Below the pieces are notes generated by a model that saw only the letters and a list, made by a program, of their open reading frames with translations, was not told the DNA's origin and did no database searches. Shown here piece after piece: positions 27,468 through 36,673 of a stretch of 62,117 nucleotides of DNA. This DNA is from Gemmatimonadales bacterium (GTDB lineage: Bacteria > Gemmatimonadota > Gemmatimonadetes > Gemmatimonadales > GWC2-71-9). The DNA lies in the NCBI GenBank assembly GCA_013694695.1, contig JACDBX010000111.1, forward strand, positions 1 to 62,117, written 5' to 3'. Every line of letters begins with the position of its first letter. The first letter of the stretch is position 1. Position numbers and translations under genes: made by a program.

Positions 27468-29479
27468 GCGGTGACGCCCGGGCCGAGATCGCATCGCTGC
27501 GGGGCCAGCTTGAGCATGCGAACCGCGCCTACTACGAGCTGGACGATCCCGCGATCAGTGACGCCGAGTACGACATCATCTTCCGTCGGCTGCAGGAACT
27601 GGAGACCGCGCACCCCGGGTTCGCCACACCGGACTCCCCGACGCGGCGGGTGGGAGGCGGCGTCGCGTCGCACCTGCCACGCCACGTTCACCGCCGGCCG
27701 ATGCTCTCGCTCGCGAATGCATTCAGTGACGAGGAACTGCATGCATGGGAAGAGCGGATCACCAGGGTGCTCCCATCGACGCGTGCAGCTGGGTACACCG
27801 TTGAGGTCAAGATCGACGGTACCGCCGTGTCGCTGACCTACCGAAACGGCGAACTGATGACCGGCGCCACTCGCGGCAATGGCCTGGTGGGCGAGGAGGT
27901 CACTGCGAACCTGCGCACCATCGACGACATCCCCCTTGTACTGCGCGGGTCGGGTTGGCCTGCGCTGATGGAGGTGCGCGGCGAGGTGTACTTCACACGG
28001 ATCGCGTTCGCAAAACTGAATGCACGACGTGCGCAGGACGGTGATCCACTGTTGGCCAACCCTCGCAACGCCGCGGCGGGATCACTGCGGCAACTCGACT
28101 CGTCCACCACCCGGTCGCGCCGCCTGCGTTGCTTCGCCTTTCAGGTCGAGGTCATCGAGGGCGATGCCGTGTCGCCCACGCAGCACGGCCTCCTCGAGCG
28201 TCTTGCAGAGTGGGGGTTCGCGATCGAACCGCACGCGGGCTGGCATCCTGATCTCGCAGCGGTGCACCGTCGGATCGTCGAGCTCGAGGGATCGCTTGGG
28301 ACGCTGCCGTTCGACGCCGACGGCGTGGTGGTCAAGGTTGACCAGCGGTCACTGCACGACGAGCTCGGCACGATCGGGGGCCGCGAGCCGCGCTGGGCGA
28401 TCGCACGCAAATTCGCGCCCGAGGTGGCCATCACGCGCCTGCGTGACATCGGCGTGAATGTCGGACGCACCGGCGCGCTCACGCCGTACGCCGTGCTCGA
28501 GCCGGTCGAACTCGGTGGCGTCACGATCTCGAGCGCCACGCTGCACAACGACGACAACGTGCTGCAGAAGGACATCAGGATCGGGGACACGGTGGAGGTG
28601 GTGCGCGCCGGGGAGGTCATCCCCCGCGTGGTCGGCCCGGTGGTGGCGGTCCGTGACGGATCCGAGCGCGTGTTTGTCCCCCCGGCAGCGTGCCCCGCAT
28701 GCGGGACCCCCGCAGTGCGGGATCCCGACGAGGTGATGCGCTACTGCCCGAACGCCTCGTGCCCAGGGCGCGCGTTCGAGGGAATCGTGCACTTTGCCGC
28801 GCGCGACACCATGGACATTCGCGGGCTGGGCGAGGAGCGTGTGCGCCAGTTGCTGGACGCGGAGCTGGTAACCGACGTGGCCGACCTGTACGCCCTCACC
28901 ACCGACCAGCTCGTCGGGCTCGACCGTTTCGCGGAGCAGTCTGCGTCGCAGCTTGTCGCGGCAATCGATGCGTCGCGCCAGCGCCCGCTGTCGGCGCTGC
29001 TGTTCGCGCTCGGCATCCGCCATGTCGGACGAACCGTGGCGATCGCCCTGGCACGCCACTTTCACGAACTCACCGCGCTCCGTGAGGCGGGCGAAGAGGA
29101 GATCGCCGGGGTGCACGGCGTGGGGCCCACCATCGCGAACGCGGTGCGGTCGTATCTTGACGATCCGGCGAGCGCCCGCCTCGTCGATCGACTGACCGAC
29201 CACGGTCTCACCACGTCCGAGCCTCGCGCGGAGGCGGTCGGTGGACCCCTGGAAGGCCAGACATGGGTGCTGACCGGTTCGCTGCCAACGCTCACCCGGA
29301 GCGAGGCCAGCGCGATGATCGAACAGGCAGGCGGAACGCTCGGGACGAGCGTGAGCAAGAAGACCAGCGTGGTCCTGGCCGGCGAGGAGGCCGGCAGCAA
29401 GCTCGACCGCGCCCGAAAACTCGGCGTCGAGGTGATCGAAGAGGCGGAACTCTTGCGGCGTCTCGGTCGCCCGGCCTAG
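27464..29479 (+). CDS. ligA: NAD-dependent DNA ligase
   Basis: 671 aa. Adenylation KIDG lysine motif (VEVKIDGTAVS), Zn finger CPACG...C, HhH repeats, C-terminal BRCT. Confidence 0.97.
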   Translation: MSGDARAEIASLRGQLEHANRAYYELDDPAISDAEYDIIFRRLQELETAHPGFATPDSPTRRVGGGVASHLPRHVHRRPMLSLANAFSDEELHAWEERITRVLPSTRAAGYTVEVKIDGTAVSLTYRNGELMTGATRGNGLVGEEVTANLRTIDDIPLVLRGSGWPALMEVRGEVYFTRIAFAKLNARRAQDGDPLLANPRNAAAGSLRQLDSSTTRSRRLRCFAFQVEVIEGDAVSPTQHGLLERLAEWGFAIEPHAGWHPDLAAVHRRIVELEGSLGTLPFDADGVVVKVDQRSLHDELGTIGGREPRWAIARKFAPEVAITRLRDIGVNVGRTGALTPYAVLEPVELGGVTISSATLHNDDNVLQKDIRIGDTVEVVRAGEVIPRVVGPVVAVRDGSERVFVPPAACPACGTPAVRDPDEVMRYCPNASCPGRAFEGIVHFAARDTMDIRGLGEERVRQLLDAELVTDVADLYALTTDQLVGLDRFAEQSASQLVAAIDASRQRPLSALLFALGIRHVGRTVAIALARHFHELTALREAGEEEIAGVHGVGPTIANAVRSYLDDPASARLVDRLTDHGLTTSEPRAEAVGGPLEGQTWVLTGSLPTLTRSEASAMIEQAGGTLGTSVSKKTSVVLAGEEAGSKLDRARKLGVEVIEEAELLRRLGRPA

Positions 29480-29506
29480 GTTGGCACTCCCCGAACGTGG
29501 TTCGCC

Positions 29507-30049
29507 ATGCCCGCACTCATGATCACCGCTGGCTCCCTGCATCGCCTGCGCCGCCAACTCGACGCGGTAGGCGATGGTACCGCCGCCACCATCCTTGAGG
29601 ATGCGGGTCGGGTCACCGGCGAGGCCATGCACGAACACTGGCGGAACCGGATCGCCGAGCGCACGGGGCTGGACGACGCCGGGCACCTCGACGTGCGGTG
29701 GTTCGGTCCGCTGCTCGATGAACTCTGCCTTGATCGCGGCTGGGGATCGGTGGCGGCGACACTGATGGGCGATCGAGCACTGCTGCTCGAATCCGGTGAC
29801 TGGGCAGAAGCAGATCCATCCAGCTCAACCGCGCCCGGCTGCCACTTCTCGCGCGGATGCTTCGAGGCATTCCTGAGTGCCCAGGCGGGCACTTCCGTGA
29901 GGGTTATCGAGGTGGAATGCCGCAGTCGCGGCGACGCCGCGTGCCGTTTTCTCGCGATGAGCGCCGCATCACTCATCGACGTCCAGGACCTGATCGCGGC
30001 AGGTGGCTCATGGCGAGACGCCTACCCCGCCGATGAGCTCCCCGGCTGA
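29507..30049 (+). CDS. V4R (4-vinyl reductase) domain protein
   Basis: 180 aa. The C-terminal CHFSRGCFEAFLS...VIEVECRSRGDAACRF pattern is typical of V4R small-molecule-binding domains. Confidence 0.65.
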   Translation: MPALMITAGSLHRLRRQLDAVGDGTAATILEDAGRVTGEAMHEHWRNRIAERTGLDDAGHLDVRWFGPLLDELCLDRGWGSVAATLMGDRALLLESGDWAEADPSSSTAPGCHFSRGCFEAFLSAQAGTSVRVIEVECRSRGDAACRFLAMSAASLIDVQDLIAAGGSWRDAYPADELPG

Positions 30050-30561
30050 TCATGCCGGCCAAGCCACGCCCGAAGGTCGGGGCGGGTCACCAGTTCCCCC
30101 TCCTCGATCACCTCCCGGTCCCACGGCAGGATGATGGCCTTGTCAGTCTCGAACGCGTGGAAATCGGCCTGCCATGCCCCGGTCGTGAACGACACCGCGG
30201 TGCGCACTTCGGCAGGATGAAGCTTGCGCACTTCGTTGAGCGCCAGCTTCATCGTGTCGCCGGTGTCGCAGGTCTCGTCGACCACGAGCACGCGCTTCCC
30301 CCGCACTGACGGCGGCGGACCGATCCGGAGCTCCGGCTCGGCGTCGTCGGTCTGGCGACCGATCACCATCGCGGCAAACTCCCGCTGGAGGATGCTGGCG
30401 ATGATCGCGGCGGGAATCACGCCAGCCTTCGCCACCCCGATCACGATCTCGGGATCGTAGCTCCGGGCGACCTTGAGGGCGAGCGCCCGGCACAGCTCGC
30501 CGAAAAACGCCCAATCGGCGTCGAGGATGTCGCGGGTCGGGGCGGGACGCTGGCGGGGCAT
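30022..30561 (-). CDS. phosphoribosyltransferase family protein
   Basis: 179 aa from ATG 30561. PRPP-binding loop VLVVDETCDTGDT. The rest of the 395-aa track ORF is rejected. Confidence 0.8.
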   Translation of the reverse strand: MPRQRPAPTRDILDADWAFFGELCRALALKVARSYDPEIVIGVAKAGVIPAAIIASILQREFAAMVIGRQTDDAEPELRIGPPPSVRGKRVLVVDETCDTGDTMKLALNEVRKLHPAEVRTAVSFTTGAWQADFHAFETDKAIILPWDREVIEEGELVTRPDLRAWLGRHDQPGSSSAG

Positions 30562-30684
30562 GGTCGGCACCTCGGTGCGGGTGAGCGGCAGCCGCAAGCT
30601 AACATACGGGCGCGCGTTGCCCCGCTCCCGGGCGCGACCTACTTTACCGGCAATGGCTGCATTCGCGTCGTCCGGTGGTCCCGC

Positions 30685-31122
30685 ATGAGCTGGTGGAAAC
30701 GAATCCTCCTCGACGAGGACGACGCTGTCGCGCCCAAGCGCCTCGACTATCTCAACGAGGGGATGGCACTGGAGCGCCACGGTGACATCGAGGGGGCGGT
30801 CACGTCGTATCAACTCGCCCTCCGTGACCAGCCGCACGACGTCCGGATCCTGCAGTACATCGCGATCGCGCTGTCGAAGACCGGCCGGATCGAGGAGGCA
30901 ATCCGGTACTACCGGCGTGCCCTCGAACTCGACGAGAACCAGGTGGGAGCACACTACGGCCTGGCGTTCCTGCTGCTGCGACGCGGAGACACCGAGCATG
31001 CGGCGCAACACCTGCGCGCGTTTCTCGCGCGACCGGGCCGGGACCCCGAGATGGCGCAGTGGATCCTGCACGCCAACTCCACGCTCGAACAGCTTGACGG
31101 CGAACGCGGGGAGCCTCAGTGA
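30685..31122 (+). CDS. tetratricopeptide repeat protein
   Basis: 145 aa with TPR-like helices (AVTSYQLALRDQP, AIRYYRRALELD). Confidence 0.72.
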   Translation: MSWWKRILLDEDDAVAPKRLDYLNEGMALERHGDIEGAVTSYQLALRDQPHDVRILQYIAIALSKTGRIEEAIRYYRRALELDENQVGAHYGLAFLLLRRGDTEHAAQHLRAFLARPGRDPEMAQWILHANSTLEQLDGERGEPQ

Positions 31123-31469
31123 CCCGCGCCCTGCTCGTGCTGATGCTCGCGGGTTGCAGCAGCCTCCCGGGTGACGCCGACGGCGTGGTCTCCCTCGAAT
31201 TGCGCTCACCCGTCGCCGTGACGCTCAGTCAGGGAGCGTCGTTTACCCTGCAGGCCCAGGCGCTCGACCGCAATGGCGAGATCGTGAACGCGCCGATCCG
31301 CTGGCGAACGGCCGACACCACCATCACGGTGGACTCGGTGAGCGGCGTCGTCACGGCACTCCAGGGAACGGGGACAGGGACGGTGCAGGCTGCCCTCGGG
31401 ACGCTCCGTGGCCCTGATGTCGTGTTCACGCTGCAACCCGCGGCCACCGGAGGCGCAGCGCTCGACTAG
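31119..31469 (+). CDS. lipoprotein with bacterial Ig-like (Big_2-type) domain
   Basis: 116 aa. GTGA overlap with the upstream stop. Lipobox LMLAGC. The pattern FTLQAQALDRNGEIV...WRTADTTITVDSVSGVVTA is typical of Big_2. Confidence 0.62.
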   Translation: MTRALLVLMLAGCSSLPGDADGVVSLELRSPVAVTLSQGASFTLQAQALDRNGEIVNAPIRWRTADTTITVDSVSGVVTALQGTGTGTVQAALGTLRGPDVVFTLQPAATGGAALD

Positions 31470-31523
31470 CGTCCCCGCACGCATCTCACCGTTCGCGCCA
31501 CCGCGGCGCGACGCCCTCACCCG

Positions 31524-33314
31524 GTGCCCATCATGACGCCTGCCACGCTCAACGACATCTTCTTCGGGGCCACCGCACGGTTCCCCGACCGAGCCGCGGC
31601 GATGCGATTCAAGCACGACGGGACATGGCACGACGTGTCGATGGCCACATTCCGGCGTCGCGTGGAGCAGGTGCATGCCGCGCTTCGGGACGCAGGCCTC
31701 AATGCCGGTGATCGTGTGGCCATTCTCTCCGAGAATCGACCCGAGTGGGCGATCGTCGACTTCGCGTGTCTCACCGCACGCCTGGTGGACGTGCCCGTGT
31801 ACCCCACCCTGTCGGCGCCCCAGATCGCCTACATCCTCCGCGACGCCGGCGCGCGAGCGCTCTTCGTGTCGTCGCAGGCGCTCCTGGATCGCGTCCTGGA
31901 GGTGCGGGGCGACGTGCCCGACATCGAGCTGGTGGTCGCCTTCGACGGCTCATCCGATGGCATCATCTCGATGGCGCAACTTGAGGCTCGGGGCGCCGCA
32001 ACGGGAGAACGGTACGCCGACTGGGAAGCCGTGGCCCACACCGCGGAGCCCGATGATGTCGCCACCCTGATCTACACATCGGGCACCACCGGTGACCCGA
32101 AGGGCGTGATGCTGACTCACGGCAACATCACGAGCAATGTGGTGGCTTCGCTCCAAGTCCTCGACCTCAATGAAACTGACGAGTGCCTCTCGTTCCTTCC
32201 GCTCTCGCACATCTTCGAGCGAATGGTCGGTCACTACACGATGCTGCAGGCGGGTGTGGTGATCTCGTACTCGAGCGGCATGGAGGCGCTCGGCACAGAG
32301 ATGCTCGAGCGTCGGCCCACGATGATGGCCGCGGTGCCGCGGCTGTATGAGAAGATCTACGCGCGAGTGGTGGAGCAGTCGTTGCGACACGGTGGCGCCA
32401 AGCGCGCGGTCTTCGAATGGGCCCGGGCCACCGGCGAGAAATACCTCGACTATCGCCTCAATCGCCGCACCGTGCCCACGGGTCTCGGCATCGCGATGAA
32501 GGTGGCCGACTTCTTGGTGTTCCGGAAGATTCGAGCGGTGACCGGCGGGCGACTTCGCTACTTCGTCTCGGGAGGTGCACCGCTCAACCCGGAAATCTGC
32601 CGATTCTTCATCGCCGCCGGATTGCCGATTCTCGAGGGTTACGGCCTGACCGAGACATCGCCGGTGATCACCGTCAACACCTTCGAGTTGCTCAAGCCGG
32701 GGACGGTGGGGCCCCCAATCCCGGGGGTTGAGGTGGCGATCGCACCCGACGGCGAGATCCTGACGCGCGGTCCCCATGTGATGAAAGGCTACTACAACCG
32801 CCCGGATGCAACGGCCGAGGCGATCGACGCCGACGGCTGGTTTCACACGGGGGACATCGGACTCATCGACGGCGACGGATGTCTGCGGATCACCGACCGC
32901 AAGAAGGACATCATCGTCACCGCTGGCGGCAAGAACATCGCTCCACAGCCGATCGAGGCGATGCTCAAGACCAACCGCTACTTCGTCAACGCCGTGATGC
33001 TGGGAGATCGCAAGGCATTCCCGGTCATGCTCCTGGTCCCGAACTTCGGGACGCTGGCTTCGTGGCTCGACCAGCACGGACTCTCTGGGCTCGCCCCGGC
33101 CGATGCCGTGGTCCATCCCCAGGTGATCGACAAGCTCGAGCGCGAGGCGCGATCGAGCCTCCGGGATCTCGCCCAGTTCGAGACCCCCAAGAAGTTCCTG
33201 ATCCTTGCCAACGACTTCAGCATCGACAGTGGCGAGCTGACCCCGAAAATGTCGATCCGGCGGAAGGTGGTGCAGGAACGACACGCAGATGCGATCGCCG
33301 GGCTCTACGCCTGA
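31524..33314 (+). CDS. long-chain fatty acid-CoA ligase (AMP-dependent synthetase)
   Basis: 596 aa. AMP-binding motif IYTSGTTGDPKGV, GYGLTETS, TGDIG...DRKKD. Start at GTG 31524 or ATG 31533. Confidence 0.9.
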   Translation: MPIMTPATLNDIFFGATARFPDRAAAMRFKHDGTWHDVSMATFRRRVEQVHAALRDAGLNAGDRVAILSENRPEWAIVDFACLTARLVDVPVYPTLSAPQIAYILRDAGARALFVSSQALLDRVLEVRGDVPDIELVVAFDGSSDGIISMAQLEARGAATGERYADWEAVAHTAEPDDVATLIYTSGTTGDPKGVMLTHGNITSNVVASLQVLDLNETDECLSFLPLSHIFERMVGHYTMLQAGVVISYSSGMEALGTEMLERRPTMMAAVPRLYEKIYARVVEQSLRHGGAKRAVFEWARATGEKYLDYRLNRRTVPTGLGIAMKVADFLVFRKIRAVTGGRLRYFVSGGAPLNPEICRFFIAAGLPILEGYGLTETSPVITVNTFELLKPGTVGPPIPGVEVAIAPDGEILTRGPHVMKGYYNRPDATAEAIDADGWFHTGDIGLIDGDGCLRITDRKKDIIVTAGGKNIAPQPIEAMLKTNRYFVNAVMLGDRKAFPVMLLVPNFGTLASWLDQHGLSGLAPADAVVHPQVIDKLEREARSSLRDLAQFETPKKFLILANDFSIDSGELTPKMSIRRKVVQERHADAIAGLYA

Positions 33315-33332
33315 GCGTCGCCGCGCGAACGC

Positions 33333-33905
33333 TCACGGCTTGTGAACGACAACCCACGAGTCACCGCCGCTCGCCAGCAGGGTGAACTCGCTGCCTGCGG
33401 GGATTGCACCGCTCCCGCAGGCCCGCAGCCCCGGAAGCACACTCCGCACGGCGGCCTCGACATTGCCCGCGCCGTCGCCCACCACAACGCCTCGCATTGC
33501 GTGCTGCTTGATCGGCCACGAACCGCTACGGATCACGCTCACCGCACCCGCCGACTGAACGTCCTCCGGAGGATTCACCGCAACCACGTGGACACCCGGC
33601 AGAAGCAGCGTCAGGTCGGCCGCAATCGAGCCGGTGTTGCCCGCCGTCGCGATCCATCCACCCGGTCCATCGAGTCCCAGCATCGCGACTGCCGCCGCAG
33701 CATCGAACGGTGCCACGCTCTGCACTGCAACACTGCCGCCGAAATCGGGCGTGCCGTCCTCCCATGCAATTCCCCAACCGCATACCGGGCATCCAAGGTG
33801 ACCGCTGACAACCCTCCGACCCTGCACGTCTTGCGGCAGGAGCACCAGGAATGCCTCCGCGTGGGGTCCCGGGCATCGCAGGTGATCGGTCAGTTCAATG
33901 AACAT
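33333..33905 (-). CDS. hypothetical protein with N-terminal Trm112-like zinc-ribbon
   Basis: 190 aa. MFIELTDHLRCP...CPVCG. The remainder is weakly methyltransferase-like without clear SAM motifs. Confidence 0.5.
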   Translation of the reverse strand: MFIELTDHLRCPGPHAEAFLVLLPQDVQGRRVVSGHLGCPVCGWGIAWEDGTPDFGGSVAVQSVAPFDAAAAVAMLGLDGPGGWIATAGNTGSIAADLTLLLPGVHVVAVNPPEDVQSAGAVSVIRSGSWPIKQHAMRGVVVGDGAGNVEAAVRSVLPGLRACGSGAIPAGSEFTLLASGGDSWVVVHKP

Positions 33906-33969
33906 GTTGCCACGGCCGGTGCCTGAGCCTGGTCACACCCGCTGGCCGGCACCGATCGGGCGCAACACG

Positions 33970-34653
33970 TCATGCCGGTCCCAGGCGAACGAGTTCAAGC
34001 TGGACATGCCGCGGGCGCGTTGCGGCGAAGCAGATGACGTCCGCCACGTCGTCGGGTGTCAGCATCTCGGCGCGACTCGGCAGGTCCGGCCGACAATCCG
34101 GATCCAGCGGATCCCAGACGGCGGTATCGGTCGGACCCGGTGAGACCAGGGTGCATCGCACCCCCGACCCGCGGTACTCCTCCAGCAGTACGTCGTGCAG
34201 GCCCCGTACCGCGTACTTGCTGGCGGCATACGCGGCGTTGCCCGCAAAGCCTCGCCAGTCGGCGATGCTCCCCACGATGATGTGCACACCGCTGCCGCGT
34301 TCGCGCATCGACGGAAGGAAGTGCCGTGCGACAGCGATCGGCGCCTCGACATTGATCCCGAGCTGTTCGCGCACCAACTCGTCGCTGGTGCCCGCCAGCG
34401 GCGCGAGCAGGAAGGCGCCCGCATTGCTGACCACCACGTCGGGGACACCTGCCTGCGCGCTCACCTGCATCAGCGCTTCCAGGCGGCTCCCGACCTCGGC
34501 CAGGTCGGCACGGATGTCGAGGGAGCCCGGAAGCGGTGGCATGTCCGAGCGGGCGATGCGCACCAGACGGGCGCCCGCCTGGTGCATCCGCCGCGCGGTG
34601 GCCGCACCAATCCCGCGCGACGCCCCGGTGACCAGCGCCAGTTGCCCGGCCAT
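33970..34653 (-). CDS. short-chain dehydrogenase/reductase (SDR)
   Basis: 227 aa from ATG 34653. TGASRGIG cofactor motif, NAG, catalytic YAASK. Confidence 0.88.
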   Translation of the reverse strand: MAGQLALVTGASRGIGAATARRMHQAGARLVRIARSDMPPLPGSLDIRADLAEVGSRLEALMQVSAQAGVPDVVVSNAGAFLLAPLAGTSDELVREQLGINVEAPIAVARHFLPSMRERGSGVHIIVGSIADWRGFAGNAAYAASKYAVRGLHDVLLEEYRGSGVRCTLVSPGPTDTAVWDPLDPDCRPDLPSRAEMLTPDDVADVICFAATRPRHVQLELVRLGPA

Positions 34654-34657
34654 CGAC

Positions 34658-35071
34658 TCACTCACCCGTGTACTCCACGAAGTTGCGCGGGGTCTCCCAC
34701 AGGCGGATGCACACCAGTCGTCCCGTCGGGATCCGCGATGCGAGCTGCTCCCAGATGAACACGGCGATGTTCTCCGCGGAGGGAAGGCGCTCCCGGAACC
34801 ACTCGACATCAAGATTGAGGTTGCGATGGTCGAGGTGTGCATGAACATGCTGGTCGATCAGCGTGCGCAGGATTCCCACGTCGACCACGTATCCGGTGTC
34901 GGGGTCGATCTCACCCTCGACACACACCTCGACCTCGTAATTGTGGCCGTGAAAATTCGGATTGTTGCACGGGCCGAACACCTCGCGATTCCAGGCATCG
35001 GGGTGCGCCGGATTGTGAAGGCGGTGGGCAGCGTTGAAATGGGCACGGCGGACGACGATGGCGCGGGGCAT
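34658..35071 (-). CDS. queD: 6-carboxy-5,6,7,8-tetrahydropterin synthase / 6-pyruvoyl-tetrahydropterin synthase family
   Basis: 137 aa from ATG 35071. FNAAHRL, CNNPNFHGHNYEVEV, LDHRNLN motifs. TTG 35101 is the track start. Confidence 0.87.
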   Translation of the reverse strand: MPRAIVVRRAHFNAAHRLHNPAHPDAWNREVFGPCNNPNFHGHNYEVEVCVEGEIDPDTGYVVDVGILRTLIDQHVHAHLDHRNLNLDVEWFRERLPSAENIAVFIWEQLASRIPTGRLVCIRLWETPRNFVEYTGE

Positions 35072-35103
35072 CGGCGGGATCCCGGAGGTGGAGAGACACA
35101 AAC

Positions 35104-35131
35104 GGCGTCGCCTCGCGCAGGAGGCGGCGCC
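35104..35131 (-). promoter_or_regulatory. 11-bp GC hairpin (one G-U pair) followed on the minus strand by GTTTGTGTCTCTCC, in the queD 5' leader
   Basis: GGCGTCGCCTC (35104-35114) pairs with GAGGCGGCGCC (35121-35131), 6-nt loop. It lies 33 nt upstream of the queD ATG. Function unknown. Confidence 0.3.
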
Positions 35132-35371
35132 GGAGTGGCCGCACGATGAGGGGAGGAACTATCGAAGCCCGGGGAGACAGTCTCGGCGCCCTCTCCGCGT
35201 CGTCCGTCTTCCCCGTGGGGCCTGACGTTGGACGTGGAATGTGGGCCCATCCTCGGACACGTTGGCTCGATAACGTGGATTCCCCACCATCGTCCGGCCT
35301 CGGCTATAATACGCCGCATCATCAGCGCGGTCAATGGAACCGCACCCCCCTCCCCTCAACTCGGCAGCCGC

Positions 35372-35533
35372 ATGATCGAACTCGTCCTTGGTGTCGCCCT
35401 GCTGGCGGTCTGGGGGGTGCTCCAGTTCGTCGTCCAGCCCTCCACGCCGATCATTCACGTGCTGCTTGCAGCAGGCGTCGTGCTCGTGGTTCGCGGCATT
35501 GCCTTGTCCAATCCGGGCACGCCAACGCGGTAG
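35372..35533 (+). CDS. lmo0937-family small membrane protein
   Basis: 53 aa from ATG 35372. Two TM helices with an IHVLLAAGVVLVV core, similar to the about 50-aa lmo0937 family. Confidence 0.5.
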   Translation: MIELVLGVALLAVWGVLQFVVQPSTPIIHVLLAAGVVLVVRGIALSNPGTPTR

Positions 35534-35534
35534 G

Positions 35535-35942
35535 CTAGCGCGCGGCGCCGCCTCGATGCAGGTCTGGCCGCAGCGCGACAGCATCCCGCAGGTAGACATG
35601 CGCCGGCGCAACATCCCAGCGTCGCTCGACGTGGACCAGGACACGCAGGCACCGCGGTAGTGATCCCGGCACGGCGATCTCGGCCGAACAGAGCAGCGGC
35701 ACATCCTCCCACCCTGCCCTGCGCGCCGACTCTGCGGGAAACGCACTGGTGAGGTCGGGTGTCACGGTGAAGATCGCCGACACCAACTCTCCCACCTCGA
35801 AATTGTTGCCGCGGCGAAGCGCCTCCAGAAGCTCGGTCACCGCCAGCGCGATGTCGTCCGGAGTGTCTGCGGGAACCGTGGTTGCGCCGCGCACGGCTCG
35901 GATCCGGGGCAACCGGAACACGCGACCCAGTCGGCCCCTCAT
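35535..35942 (-). CDS. aroH: chorismate mutase, AroH class
   Basis: 135 aa from ATG 35942 (ATGA overlap with the pheA stop). RAVRGATTV...ELVSAIFTVTPDLTSAFPA...GWEDVPLLC...VPGSLPRCLRVLVHV matches the B. subtilis-type AroH fold. Confidence 0.85.
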   Translation of the reverse strand: MRGRLGRVFRLPRIRAVRGATTVPADTPDDIALAVTELLEALRRGNNFEVGELVSAIFTVTPDLTSAFPAESARRAGWEDVPLLCSAEIAVPGSLPRCLRVLVHVERRWDVAPAHVYLRDAVALRPDLHRGGAAR

Positions 35943-36493
35943 GCCGCAGCCACCGCAGCGCTCCGACGGATGACGACAAAGCGCGTGGTGTTGTCGGCGA
36001 GGTCGGCGATGTCCTCCGCGAGCACCACGAGACCATACAGTTCGGCAGCTTCCGCCGACGCCACGGCAGCCCGCGTGAAATCCCGATCGGTGGCGATCGA
36101 TTGCGCTGCAGCGGCTGTGTCCACCACGTCTCGCGAGCTGATCCCACGTTGCGCGAGCCAACCGGCGCATTGCGCGAGCGCGGCAGGATGGCTCTCGGCG
36201 CTCCGGATCATGTCAGGCGTCGCACCCGGCAGCGCCACCAGGCAGAGCACCACCCGAAGCGCGACCAGATCGGCCACCACGACGCCGGACGTGTCCAGCG
36301 CCGCGTGGGCCGCGTCAATCGGTCCGATGCTGCTGTTCTCCACTGGCACCAAGCCGGCGTCGACCGCGCCGTCGCGCACCGCACGAACGACCGACTCGAA
36401 ATCCACCATCCCGACGAGGCCGGCCCCGGGTTGCCACGCCTGCGCGGCGAGGAAACTGAAGGCCCCCGGCACTCCTTGGTACGCGATCCGCAT
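35939..36493 (-). CDS. pheA: prephenate dehydratase catalytic (PDT) domain only, no ACT domain
   Basis: 184 aa from ATG 36493 (MRIAYQGVPGAFS...NTTRFVVI). It ends right after the PDT domain. Confidence 0.85.
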   Translation of the reverse strand: MRIAYQGVPGAFSFLAAQAWQPGAGLVGMVDFESVVRAVRDGAVDAGLVPVENSSIGPIDAAHAALDTSGVVVADLVALRVVLCLVALPGATPDMIRSAESHPAALAQCAGWLAQRGISSRDVVDTAAAAQSIATDRDFTRAAVASAEAAELYGLVVLAEDIADLADNTTRFVVIRRSAAVAAA

Positions 36494-36531
36494 CCCTGCT
36501 CCCTGGCGCCCGACGCGCCGGTGTGGAAATG

Positions 36532-36560
36532 AAAAAAGCCCCCTCGCGATTGGAGGGGGC
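36532..36560 (-). terminator. intrinsic terminator of the pheA-aroH leader (attenuator)
   Basis: The minus-strand RNA reads GCCCCCTC-CAATCGC-GAGGGGGC-UUUUUU. It ends 38 nt upstream of the pheA ATG. Confidence 0.72.
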
Positions 36561-36586
36561 CCGGGCAACTCGCTCGATCGTCTGCG

Positions 36587-36673
36587 CTATCGCATGCGTC
36601 GGTGCCCGGCCCCCTCAGTGAGGTAGGCCGCAAAGAAGAACGCAACGCGATAGGTGCTGGAGTGTGTCATCAT
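36587..36673 (-). CDS. Phe-rich leader peptide (MMTHSSTYRVAFFFAAYLTEGAGHRRMR)
   Basis: 28 codons with TTC-TTC-TTT at 36632-36640 and two Tyr codons. These are the last codons of the 117-aa track ORF. Alternative pairing segments overlap its 3' half. Confidence 0.6.
   Translation of the reverse strand: MMTHSSTYRVAFFFAAYLTEGAGHRRMR

Noticed and set aside
35072-35200. preQ1 riboswitch upstream of queD
   Set aside because: I looked on the minus strand for the preQ1-I core (CCCUC ... AAAAAACUA-type tail) and found nothing similar. Only a generic hairpin is present, reported separately at low confidence.
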